Assembly: GCA_017479865.1 (NCBI GenBank)
Contig: JAFVBS010000004.1
Coordinates: 10,188 to 74,187, forward strand
Reading direction: 5' to 3'
Length of the DNA stretch: 64,000 nt
Source: Clostridia bacterium
GTDB lineage: Bacteria > Bacillota > Clostridia > TANB77 > CAG-508
This document shows positions 10,782 to 19,200 of this stretch, one piece after another. Under the pieces are notes generated by a model, which ran no database searches, was not told the origin of the DNA, and was given only the letters and a program-made list of their open reading frames with translations. Position 1 is the stretch's first letter; each line of letters starts with the position of its first letter. The translations under genes and the position numbers were made by a program.

Positions 10782-10988
10782 TCAGCCCATTTTTGCTTTT
10801 TGTTTTAAAATATTTAACATACACTCATTAAAACTTTTTTGATTTTCGTTATATGCCATTTCCACACACATATCTCCAACTTTCAAGACATATATATCGT
10901 TTACTTTTGATAAGTTCTCTATAATTTTATTTTCCAATGCACTTTCTCCTTTAGAAGGATTTTTTATATTCAAGTCTATTCTTTCCAA
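10782..10988 (-). CDS. small protein upstream of the recombinase, tentatively TnpW-like
   Basis: 68-aa ORF with a TTG start, ending 55 nt before the recombinase start. The C-terminal pattern ..VLKVGDMCVEMAYNENQKSFNECMLNILKQK resembles small ORFs next to Tn4451-type recombinases. This is from memory only. Confidence 0.35.
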   Translation of the reverse strand: MERIDLNIKNPSKGESALENKIIENLSKVNDIYVLKVGDMCVEMAYNENQKSFNECMLNILKQKAKMG

Positions 10989-11167
10989 AAAAGTTTTATT
11001 ACAAATTTGTCCTTCTACTAGATAAGTGTCCTCTAAAAACTAAAAATCGGAAATTTTTACGAATTTTTTTATAAATAAAGTTAAAAATTTAGAAAATAGG
11101 TAATTCGAATTATTGCAAAAAAAGAAAGGACTTTATTTTAAAGCCTCTTCCCTACACCTTAATATTA

Positions 11168-11761
11168 TTACTCTTCTTTCATCTCAAAATCTGAAATAGA
11201 GTATCCTAACTCATTTAATTTAGAATACAACTTACTAATTGGCATACCTAGAATATTATAATAATCACCTATTATCTTGTCTACAAAAATAGATGTTTTT
11301 CCTGCTATAGAATATCCTGCTCTATTTAGTAAGTATTTTTCATTTTCTACATACCAAGAAATATCTTTATCTGTAACTTCTTTAAAATATACCTCTGTTG
11401 TATCTGCAAAAGATAATTCTTTATCATTATATAAATCTTTAATAGTTACACCGGTCACTGCATAATTAACCTTTCCGCTCATTTTCTTTATATTCTCAAA
11501 ACCCTCTTCTTTGCTTTTTGGTTTTTCAAACTTTTTGCCATCCATATATATAATTGAATCAGCGGAAATAATTAATGCTTTATCTTGAATTTGAGAAGCA
11601 ACTGAATTGGCCTTATCTCTTGATAAATCAATTACATATTGTTCTGGATCTGTTGAATTACTACTTTCCTCTACTTTACTTGTTACTACTTCATACTTCC
11701 AACCAATCATATCAAATATATCTTTTCTTGTTTTTGAATTTGATGCTAATATTAATCTCAT
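11168..11761 (-). CDS. maf: Maf-like nucleoside-triphosphate pyrophosphatase (septum formation protein Maf family)
   Basis: MRLILASNSKTRKDIF.. start (chosen at 11761), ..DSIIYMDGK.., ..AGYSIAG... About 198 aa, typical Maf size. Confidence 0.85.
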   Translation of the reverse strand: MRLILASNSKTRKDIFDMIGWKYEVVTSKVEESSNSTDPEQYVIDLSRDKANSVASQIQDKALIISADSIIYMDGKKFEKPKSKEEGFENIKKMSGKVNYAVTGVTIKDLYNDKELSFADTTEVYFKEVTDKDISWYVENEKYLLNRAGYSIAGKTSIFVDKIIGDYYNILGMPISKLYSKLNELGYSISDFEMKEE

Positions 11762-11974
11762 AAAAACACTCCTTCCGTTCTTATACATTATATCATTTTT
11801 TAGTTATAAGTCAATAATTCATTCGTCCATATAATTCACCTAACATTACAGCAGAATTTACTCCAAATTTGTTTATTAAATCTCTGTTTGTTATTATAAA
11901 ATTTGTTCCAATAATATTTTCTTTTAACATAGCTTGGCCTTCTTTTTATTTTAAAAATAGAGAAAGTAATTCAA

Positions 11975-12090
11975 AATAAAACTACTTTCTCTTTGATTTG
12001 ATTGTTTAAATTTGCCTAAATTATAAATTTTTTTGAATGTTTTTCATTTGTAGCGACTAAATTAACCACAGCATCTCCTTGGTGTATTTA
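11975..12090. repeat. internal, diverged copy of the element right end (hairpin, arm TTGTAGCGAC at 12048-12057, core CATCTCCTTG at 12072-12081)
   Basis: By eye it aligns over about 115-125 bp with 30095..30200, with most positions identical. The core differs at one base. Confidence 0.75.
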
Positions 12091-12098
12091 ATCAACAC

Positions 12099-12623
12099 TC
12101 AAAATAAGTGGATGCATCGATACTGCTGATACAGATAATCAGATACTCTTTTTCCAAAAGTATCAAAGGTATGTGCTGCAATGAGCGTATTGCTGGTATT
12201 AGTACCGTTTTTCACTACAATTAAGCTATGAGAAAACACCGTTCCATCAAAGCTTAATTGAATAACATCCCCTATTTCTAATTCCTGAATGGCAGCTACT
12301 TTTCCATAAGGTCCTGGTCCTTTATTGGAGATTAAAAAGTCATATAAGAATTTTACTCCCGTCCACGAAGGTGATTTATCATTTCCATTGATATAATACC
12401 ATCCATTATTTCTACGATAATTCATTTGTCCACAACCCGCAAAAATACATTGCGATACAAAATTGGTACAATCTCCTCCTATTGGGTCATAATTATAATA
12501 CTTTGGATTCCTGCCATAAGCCCATTCTTTTGCATACTCATATACATTTTCTCTATGATATTTTCCCATGTTATCACCCTGTATATCATATTCACTAGTA
12601 TGCAAAATACTGCTCATTAACAC
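12099..12623 (-). CDS. putative amidase-domain protein (Amidase_6 / NlpC-P60-like)
   Basis: ..GGDCTNFVSQCIFAGCGQMNY..NGWYY..SPSWTGVKFLYDFL..IGDVIQL..HSLIVV... The start is uncertain (GTG at 12623 or MGKYHREN at 12569). Confidence 0.65.
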   Translation of the reverse strand: MLMSSILHTSEYDIQGDNMGKYHRENVYEYAKEWAYGRNPKYYNYDPIGGDCTNFVSQCIFAGCGQMNYRRNNGWYYINGNDKSPSWTGVKFLYDFLISNKGPGPYGKVAAIQELEIGDVIQLSFDGTVFSHSLIVVKNGTNTSNTLIAAHTFDTFGKRVSDYLYQQYRCIHLF

Positions 12624-12681
12624 TTTTCTATTTGGTTGAAAAATAGAAAAACTAGAAATTAGCTTGCACTAGTTTCTGGTT

Positions 12682-14409
12682 TCATTTTAATAAATTCTCT
12701 ACACTAATATCTTCTTCTTGAATTGTTTTTAATAACTTCTTTAATTTCTTTCCCTTTGTATTCGAAGCATGTTTGATAATCGTTTTTTCATAAAGATTTC
12801 TTGCAAACCTTGCATTACCAAAGTTCTTGGAATCTTTGTATTCCTTGATAATTTTTAATGCCTTGTCTAGTGCCTCTTTTGTGATATCAAATCCTGATTT
12901 TGTTACCATTTGTTTGAAAATTTGCAATAGTTCTTCCTCTGTATAATCTTCAAACTCTAGGGTATAACCAATTCTTGATACAATTCCAGAATTGCTATCT
13001 AAGAAGGCTTGCATTTCTTTGGTATATCCAGCAAATATCACTACTAAATTATCTCTATGATTTTCCATTGCTTGGATGAGTGTTGCAATTGCTTCTTCAT
13101 TATAGGAGTTGCCTTTTCCATTGCCACTTGCTAAAGAATATGCCTCATCAATAAACAATACTCCTCCCATTGCTTTTTCTACTACTGCCATTGTTTTAGG
13201 TGCAGTTTGTCCTACATATTCTGCTACTAAGTCTTTGCTAGAAACTTCAATGAGTTTGTTTTGCTGGATGTATCCTAAATGGTATAAAATTTGTACAATT
13301 AACCTTGCGACAGTCGTTTTTCCTGTGCCAGGATTTCCTAAAAATACCATATGCAAATTGGTATTTTTAATTTTTAAGTCGTCTTTTGTTTTGTTTCTTA
13401 GTTCAATTAAGCTTACCAAATCTTGCAATGTTTGTTTTACCTTGGTTAATCCTACCAAACTATTTAACTCTTCAAAGATTTCATCCATCGATTTTTCTTT
13501 TTCATATTCTGGGATATCTTCTTTGGTAATAGAGCCCTTTTTATTAAATAGTATTTTGCCACATAGTTTATCTCGATATTCTGGATATGATAATGTTGTT
13601 TTTGGATAGGTTGCTGCAATATAATCTAATAATGCTACTGAAACCTCTTCTGAAACTTCTGAGCTCTCTTTCAATTTTTCAAGTACCTCTTGGTATACAT
13701 CTTGACTATCTGGCTTTATTCCAATGATTTCGAATTCAAACAAATGCTCTTTTATCTCTTCGTTTTTTTCAAAAGCTTGGGCAAGCACCTCTTTGTTTTT
13801 GGCAACTAATATCGTCAAAAAATTGTTTTGCTCTGCCATTTTTTCTGCTAATCGATGTAAGAATTTATCTTTAAAAATCTGGTCCTGTGCAATAAAGCCT
13901 TCAAAATCTTTTAAAACAATAATGCTATTTTGTTCCCCATAAATTTGTTCAATCTCTTCCACTTTTTCTAAATGATATAAAGAGGTTTCTATCAAATCTC
14001 CTCTTTTGATGTAAGAGAAATACATCATTGCATCATTGATGATCTCTACCATTTGATAAATGGTTTCTTTGTCATCAGAATATATACACATATTAAATGG
14101 AATATATTGCTTTTCCAATCCTTCTTGATATTTTCTTAAGTATTCGATCATTTTTTTCAAGGTTGTTTTTGAGTCTTCTGTGATATATAGCTCCTCGATT
14201 TTTTCGAAAAAGTTCTTCATCTGATTGTCTTTTTCTTCTTTTGTTATCGTTCTTTCCGGTGCTAAAGAAGTTTCTTCTCGATTTACTTCTATGGTTGGAT
14301 AATCCTCTGTCAAGTTTAGTTCTTGCCTTAACTTTTCATTCTCCATTTTGATTTTTTCAATTCCAAAAAAATCTTCATAGATGTCTTTCAAAAAATCTTT
14401 ACTTTCCAT
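12682..14409 (-). CDS. AAA+ ATPase, SpoVK/CbbX-like C-terminal module with a long N-terminal domain
   Basis: 575 aa. Walker A GNPGTGKTTVA, Walker B VLFIDEAYSL, ..NLVVIFAGY... Confidence 0.8.
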   Translation of the reverse strand: MESKDFLKDIYEDFFGIEKIKMENEKLRQELNLTEDYPTIEVNREETSLAPERTITKEEKDNQMKNFFEKIEELYITEDSKTTLKKMIEYLRKYQEGLEKQYIPFNMCIYSDDKETIYQMVEIINDAMMYFSYIKRGDLIETSLYHLEKVEEIEQIYGEQNSIIVLKDFEGFIAQDQIFKDKFLHRLAEKMAEQNNFLTILVAKNKEVLAQAFEKNEEIKEHLFEFEIIGIKPDSQDVYQEVLEKLKESSEVSEEVSVALLDYIAATYPKTTLSYPEYRDKLCGKILFNKKGSITKEDIPEYEKEKSMDEIFEELNSLVGLTKVKQTLQDLVSLIELRNKTKDDLKIKNTNLHMVFLGNPGTGKTTVARLIVQILYHLGYIQQNKLIEVSSKDLVAEYVGQTAPKTMAVVEKAMGGVLFIDEAYSLASGNGKGNSYNEEAIATLIQAMENHRDNLVVIFAGYTKEMQAFLDSNSGIVSRIGYTLEFEDYTEEELLQIFKQMVTKSGFDITKEALDKALKIIKEYKDSKNFGNARFARNLYEKTIIKHASNTKGKKLKKLLKTIQEEDISVENLLK

Positions 14410-14441
14410 TTTGATTGATATCCTTTCTTAAAACTCAACTC

Positions 14442-15596
14442 TTACTTGTTATCAACCTTCAACTCAATCATTTTATCCTTTAATTCTTGCTCAATATTGG
14501 TTAATTCTTGTTCTGCCTCTTGACGTTTTGCTCTTCCATTTTCATGAATTTCAATAACTTTATCTAGGGTTTCAATTAAGTCTCTATTGGTTTTTTGTAA
14601 TGTTGCAATATCCACAATTGCTCTTTCAGATTCTTCTGCAATTTGAATAGAACCCTGTTTTAGAATTTCGCTATTTTTTTGTAACATGTTATTGGTTAAA
14701 TCTGTTACTGCTTTTTGAGCGCCTAATGCTTGTTTTGCATTATTAATTCCTAAAGCAAGTACCATTTGATTTTTCCATAATGGAATGGTATTAATTAAAG
14801 AACCTTGTATTTTTTCTACTAACTCTGCCTCGTTATTTTGTAATAAACGAATTTGTGGTGCCATTTGAATAGAGATAATTCTGGTAGTTTTTAAATCGTA
14901 AATTTTCTTTTCAAAACGGTTAATCATATTTTCCATATCATTTACTTTTTGGACATCGAGTTGTTCTTGTGTTTCTCTCGCTTTTTCTTGTAAGGCTGGT
15001 AAAGTTACTTCTCTCAATTCTTTAATTTTTCTTTCACCTGCAATGATGTATAATGATAGTTCTTTGAAATATTCTAAATTTTTGTCATACATGGTGTCAA
15101 AGATGTTAATATCTTTTAACATTTGCAATTTATGTCTTTCAAGTCCTTGTTCTACTATATCGATATTGCCTTCAATTTTATTGTATTTGGCTAAAATTTT
15201 ATCAAATTGTTTTTTGGTATTGTTAAATAACTTAGCAAGTCCCGTTTTATTCTCTAATGCAATATCAGCATCGAAAGATTTAATTTCGGCTACTAAGCTA
15301 GCTAATAAATCCCCTACTTCTCCTGTGCTTTTTGTTTTGACATTTTCTAATACACTATCTGAAAATTGAGAGATTTTTGCTTGTGCTTTGGCACCATATT
15401 GTAGAATTTGTGTGCTATCAGCTACATTAATTTTTTGATTAAACTCATCAATGGCACTTTTTTCTTCTGGAGATAATGCATCATAATTTAGTGATTGCTC
15501 AATTTTCTCCTCTGTTACTTTTCCCTGTTCTTGTACCAAATCTTCAACTGCCTCATTTTTTACTTCTTTTTGAACTTTTAATTCTAAACTTTCCAT
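14442..15596 (-). CDS. TelA-family toxic anion resistance protein (YaaN-like)
   Basis: 384-aa all-helical protein with a TelA-like N-terminal region (..ILQYGAKAQAKISQFSD..). It neighbours an XpaC-like gene, as in the B. subtilis xpaC-yaaN pair. Confidence 0.75.
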   Translation of the reverse strand: MESLELKVQKEVKNEAVEDLVQEQGKVTEEKIEQSLNYDALSPEEKSAIDEFNQKINVADSTQILQYGAKAQAKISQFSDSVLENVKTKSTGEVGDLLASLVAEIKSFDADIALENKTGLAKLFNNTKKQFDKILAKYNKIEGNIDIVEQGLERHKLQMLKDINIFDTMYDKNLEYFKELSLYIIAGERKIKELREVTLPALQEKARETQEQLDVQKVNDMENMINRFEKKIYDLKTTRIISIQMAPQIRLLQNNEAELVEKIQGSLINTIPLWKNQMVLALGINNAKQALGAQKAVTDLTNNMLQKNSEILKQGSIQIAEESERAIVDIATLQKTNRDLIETLDKVIEIHENGRAKRQEAEQELTNIEQELKDKMIELKVDNK

Positions 15597-15633
15597 GTTA
15601 TTTTCTCCTTTTTATTATTTTTTATCATCAGCA

Positions 15634-16755
15634 TTATTTTCCTAAATACTCAATCAACTGGTTATACACATCCATCTTTAAGCTAGAAACGGTACTTGTA
15701 ATGGTTTGTGGTATTCCAATTCCTAGTGAAGATACATCGTAACTTCCACCTGTGACACCAGTTCTAAATCCGTATTTTGACCATGCAATTTGCTGAATGT
15801 TTTTGTCTTCAAATGCTTTATAAAATCGATTTCCTACCTCATCAAAAGTTGCAATACAATGTGAATTCCATATTGTTGGTGTTGGGTATAGAACTCTAAT
15901 ATTGTCCTTTACTTGTGCAAAGCCATCTGGATTTTCATTGGCAAATTCAATCATACTTTTTTCATAATCTACAATCATAGGTTCCCCACCCATTCCTGTT
16001 TTTAAATATCTTTCAAATAAATCGGCTGGAGTATTATTCATATAGCCAGATTTTTGATAAAATTCTTTTAATTTTGGCAAATTTTCCTTTACACTTTGGT
16101 CTGTAATAGAGCTTTCACACATAATGGATAATAGCAAGCCATAGTAGGTGGCTCCTGGTGAGGATGTGACTGGGTCAGTTGAAGCAATGTTAATATTTCC
16201 ATATAATTGCTTTAACCCAATGTCCGACCATTTTTTTCCTTTTAAAATATAGTCTAAAAGCTTATTCATGTCTGTAATATAATAAACGCCATCTTTTTGA
16301 GTGACAATTTTTTCTTTTTCTAGGGCATCCACCACTTCTCCCCAGCTATAGATAACAATTGGCGTATTTAATGTTAATCCACCATTTAATACTGTATAAC
16401 GAGCAGCTTCTCCTGCTGCTGTATTAGGTCTTAATCTATAATAATCATAAAATCTTTGGTCTGAAGTGAACATGGCATCATATTTTGTAGTACCATCTTC
16501 TCTGACTAATGGATTGACAATTAATTTTCCATTGCTCCAAGTATCATACACTACATTTAATCCATAGTCCTTTTGCATAATTTTAACAACATCTTCATCT
16601 GCAATAAAACCTTCTTTTCCGCCACCTGTTGCGACATACACGTTTGTTAAATTGCTACCAGTAATACTTTCTCCATTGTTTTGCCATACACCTATGCCAA
16701 TAATAATGAGAATTAAAATGATGAAAATGACAATTCCTACTATTTTTTTCTTCAT
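15634..16755 (-). CDS. membrane-anchored solute-binding-protein-like ectodomain protein
   Basis: N-terminal TM (IVGIVIFIILILIIIGIGV). ..ASTDPVTSSPGATYYGLLLSIM.. is paralogous to ..PTSTNSGASAYLGLLSTLAG.. in the N-half of the vWA protein. Confidence 0.6.
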   Translation of the reverse strand: MKKKIVGIVIFIILILIIIGIGVWQNNGESITGSNLTNVYVATGGGKEGFIADEDVVKIMQKDYGLNVVYDTWSNGKLIVNPLVREDGTTKYDAMFTSDQRFYDYYRLRPNTAAGEAARYTVLNGGLTLNTPIVIYSWGEVVDALEKEKIVTQKDGVYYITDMNKLLDYILKGKKWSDIGLKQLYGNINIASTDPVTSSPGATYYGLLLSIMCESSITDQSVKENLPKLKEFYQKSGYMNNTPADLFERYLKTGMGGEPMIVDYEKSMIEFANENPDGFAQVKDNIRVLYPTPTIWNSHCIATFDEVGNRFYKAFEDKNIQQIAWSKYGFRTGVTGGSYDVSSLGIGIPQTITSTVSSLKMDVYNQLIEYLGK

Positions 16756-16784
16756 TTTTAATCACGTTCCTTTCCAACTTTTTC

Positions 16785-17394
16785 TTATGGAAGATTAAAA
16801 TCATCATCTTGATGATAACCATCTGCTTTTAACATTGATTCAAATACTTTCATTTCTGCATCTGTATCTATCATATCAGATTGATATAAATTTGACAATT
16901 GTTTTTTAAACGCTTCATTAATTTTCCCTACCATATTCTTGGTAGATTCCATAAACTTTTTGCTTTCCTCTGAGGTCAGGCTTTGATTTTCTATTTCATC
17001 ATATCGATTTAGAATTTGCATTGTTACCGGTAAATAGTAACTAAAAAAATTATTGGTTGCTTTATACTTTTCTGGTTTCTTTTCGATGGTACTAATAATT
17101 TTACTAACCGTTTCATGAATTTCTTTAATCCAACCTACTAATTCAGGGTCCTCAATTTTAGAAATCATTTTTTCAATTTGATCATTGGTCTGCTTTGCTT
17201 CTGTTAAAGTATCGTATAAAGTTTTGGTTGTGCCATTTTCTTCTTTTTTTGTCACATGGAAAACAAGCTCTCCTGCGCAAAATGCTCCTACTCCTATTGC
17301 TAGCGAAGGCAATACTCCTACTGATAATCCCAAATATGGAATTGCAAAAAATGCTCCTCCGCAAAACCGCGGATATTAAACTGGAATTTTTCAC
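16785..17394 (-). CDS. XpaC-like protein (5-bromo-4-chloroindolyl phosphate hydrolysis family); needs a +1 shift at in-frame CGG 17361-17359
   Basis: GTG start at 17394 after RBS GAGGGAG. MKNSSLISAVL, skip C, then GGAFFAIPYLGLSVGVLPSLAIGVGAF.. restores two N-terminal TM helices. About 202 aa. Confidence 0.65.
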
Positions 17395-17411
17395 TCTTGC
17401 TCCCTCTTTCT

Positions 17412-19067
17412 TTAATTATATCCTCTTACTTCTTTAAATGCTTTTACCAAATCTGTTTTCCCGTCGAATACCTTGCTATTGGTTAATTTTGCTATTGTTA
17501 AAAGTTGACTTTCCTTGGCACTTCCAAACATGATAGAGTAAATTGGAATTTGGTGTTTTACATCACGATATGTTTGCGCTAACTCTGAATAGGTTCCCTC
17601 ATTTCCTTCGCCATCTGTCATTAATACAATTGATAAATTGTATTTGTTTGCGTCTTCATTTTGTAAGAGCTTTAGTGCCTGTACGGCAGCCGGATAAAGA
17701 GCCGTGGTTCCTGTTGGTTTTAACGCATGAACATTCTTTAACAAGGCTGTTGTTTCGCTTCCTTTACCAGTTGACCATACACCCAGCACTTTACTTCCAA
17801 ATGGAATGATATCTATTTTATCCTTTTCTGAAAATTGTAAAAAATCATTGGCGGCCTTTTCAGTTAAAATATAATCCATTGCATTCATGAGTTGTGTGTT
17901 CCCTGTTCCTGACATACTGCCTGAATAGTCTAGGCAAAATACCACATGCGTAGGTTTTCTTAGTTCTACTTGATATAAGTTTAATGCTAGTTTAATAACA
18001 TTGGTATTTGGGTATTTTACAGGTGAAATATATTTGGTTGCATCAATGCCCCAGTTTGGATTAAAGATGGTTTTATCTACATGATTCGAAATTCCTCCAT
18101 ACCAAGTTCTTCTTCCCTTTTCTTGTAATAATTTTTGTCCCTCATCACTTAAAATGTAGGATTGTATATCTGTAAAAATTTCTTTTTTATTACTATTGTT
18201 ATTGCTAATAAAAGCAAGTGGTGAATCAGAAATAGAAACTCCGTCCACAGGATAAATGGCATATAGTGGCTCTTTTCCTTTTGCCTCTAGTTGCTTATTA
18301 ATATTGATGATAGAGGATTCATATGTTACTACCGCTTCATAATCGCCATTTAAGAACAATTCCTCTAAAAACTCCTCACTGCCAGATGACCTTTCCATTC
18401 CTGAAAATAGCTTTGTTAATTTTTCTTTTAGTGCTGCATCTTCCAAATTTTCTTTTGTTAACACTTCTGGATTTCCTGCCAATGTGGAAAGTAGACCTAA
18501 ATAAGCAGAAGCTCCACTATTGGTGCTTGTTGGATTGGACATGCTAAATTTTAATTTTCCGGAAGAAATGGCATTCACAATATCTTTTGTATACACCGTT
18601 TTACCAATAAAGCCTAATTCTTTTGCTTTTGACTTGGTAATACCAAATATCACTGGATTGATGCTTGTGCACTTAGAATTTGAGGTGCGTATATTGCTAT
18701 CTAGCATATACATCCATATAGAATTTGATAACCATACTGCATCATATGCCTCTCCATTATTCAGGTTTTGCATAATGTCTAAAGTACCGGCATATTGTAT
18801 GTCAATATGATACCCCTTGGATTTTGCATAGCTTTGAATGACAGGTTCTAAATCTTCATTTTCAGAGCTAGAAATCATCCTGAAAGTTTTATCTTGCCCT
18901 AATATTTGAGTAGCTTGATTGTTTTGAAAAAAGTTTTCTATTTTTTGCCACAACATTGTTGCTCCGGTGAACATGAAGATGAATACAACAAAAATTGTAA
19001 TAATTAATGCCATAATACTATTATTCTTTTGTTTCTTTTCCAATTTATTTTTTCCTCCTTCTTTCAT
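17412..19067 (-). CDS. membrane-anchored SBP-like plus von Willebrand factor A domain protein
   Basis: 551 aa. N-terminal TM and MIDAS motif in VVFCLDYSGSMSG.. Confidence 0.8.
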   Translation of the reverse strand: MKEGGKNKLEKKQKNNSIMALIITIFVVFIFMFTGATMLWQKIENFFQNNQATQILGQDKTFRMISSSENEDLEPVIQSYAKSKGYHIDIQYAGTLDIMQNLNNGEAYDAVWLSNSIWMYMLDSNIRTSNSKCTSINPVIFGITKSKAKELGFIGKTVYTKDIVNAISSGKLKFSMSNPTSTNSGASAYLGLLSTLAGNPEVLTKENLEDAALKEKLTKLFSGMERSSGSEEFLEELFLNGDYEAVVTYESSIININKQLEAKGKEPLYAIYPVDGVSISDSPLAFISNNNSNKKEIFTDIQSYILSDEGQKLLQEKGRRTWYGGISNHVDKTIFNPNWGIDATKYISPVKYPNTNVIKLALNLYQVELRKPTHVVFCLDYSGSMSGTGNTQLMNAMDYILTEKAANDFLQFSEKDKIDIIPFGSKVLGVWSTGKGSETTALLKNVHALKPTGTTALYPAAVQALKLLQNEDANKYNLSIVLMTDGEGNEGTYSELAQTYRDVKHQIPIYSIMFGSAKESQLLTIAKLTNSKVFDGKTDLVKAFKEVRGYN

Positions 19068-19200
19068 TTCTTATATTATATCGATAATATTTTCTATTTT
19101 CAACAGAAATATGAAAAACTCTTGTTATCATTTAAAATTTTCATTTATCATAGACTTTTTTAATGATATATTATATAATATTTTCATGAGGTGTATACAA

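Larger units (their letters stand above)
8945..12071. mobile_element. 3.1-kb recombinase mini-element (recombinase, TnpW-like ORF, Maf), delimited by attL and the internal end copy
   Basis: Its right boundary is a diverged copy of the element right end (core CATCTCCTTG at 12072-12081). Confidence 0.5.

Noticed and set aside
11811-11930. 39-codon minus-strand ORF (MLKENIIGTNFIITNRDLINKFGVNSAVMLGELYGRMNY) upstream of maf
   Set aside because: It is too short and the similarity is too weak to call a gene. It is mentioned only as a possible truncated remnant near the internal att copy.
18967-19200. 78-codon upstream extension of the plus-strand orphan ORF
   Set aside because: It overlaps the 5' end of the vWA gene on the other strand and translates to low-complexity hydrophobic sequence. 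A good RBS precedes the internal ATG at 19201.
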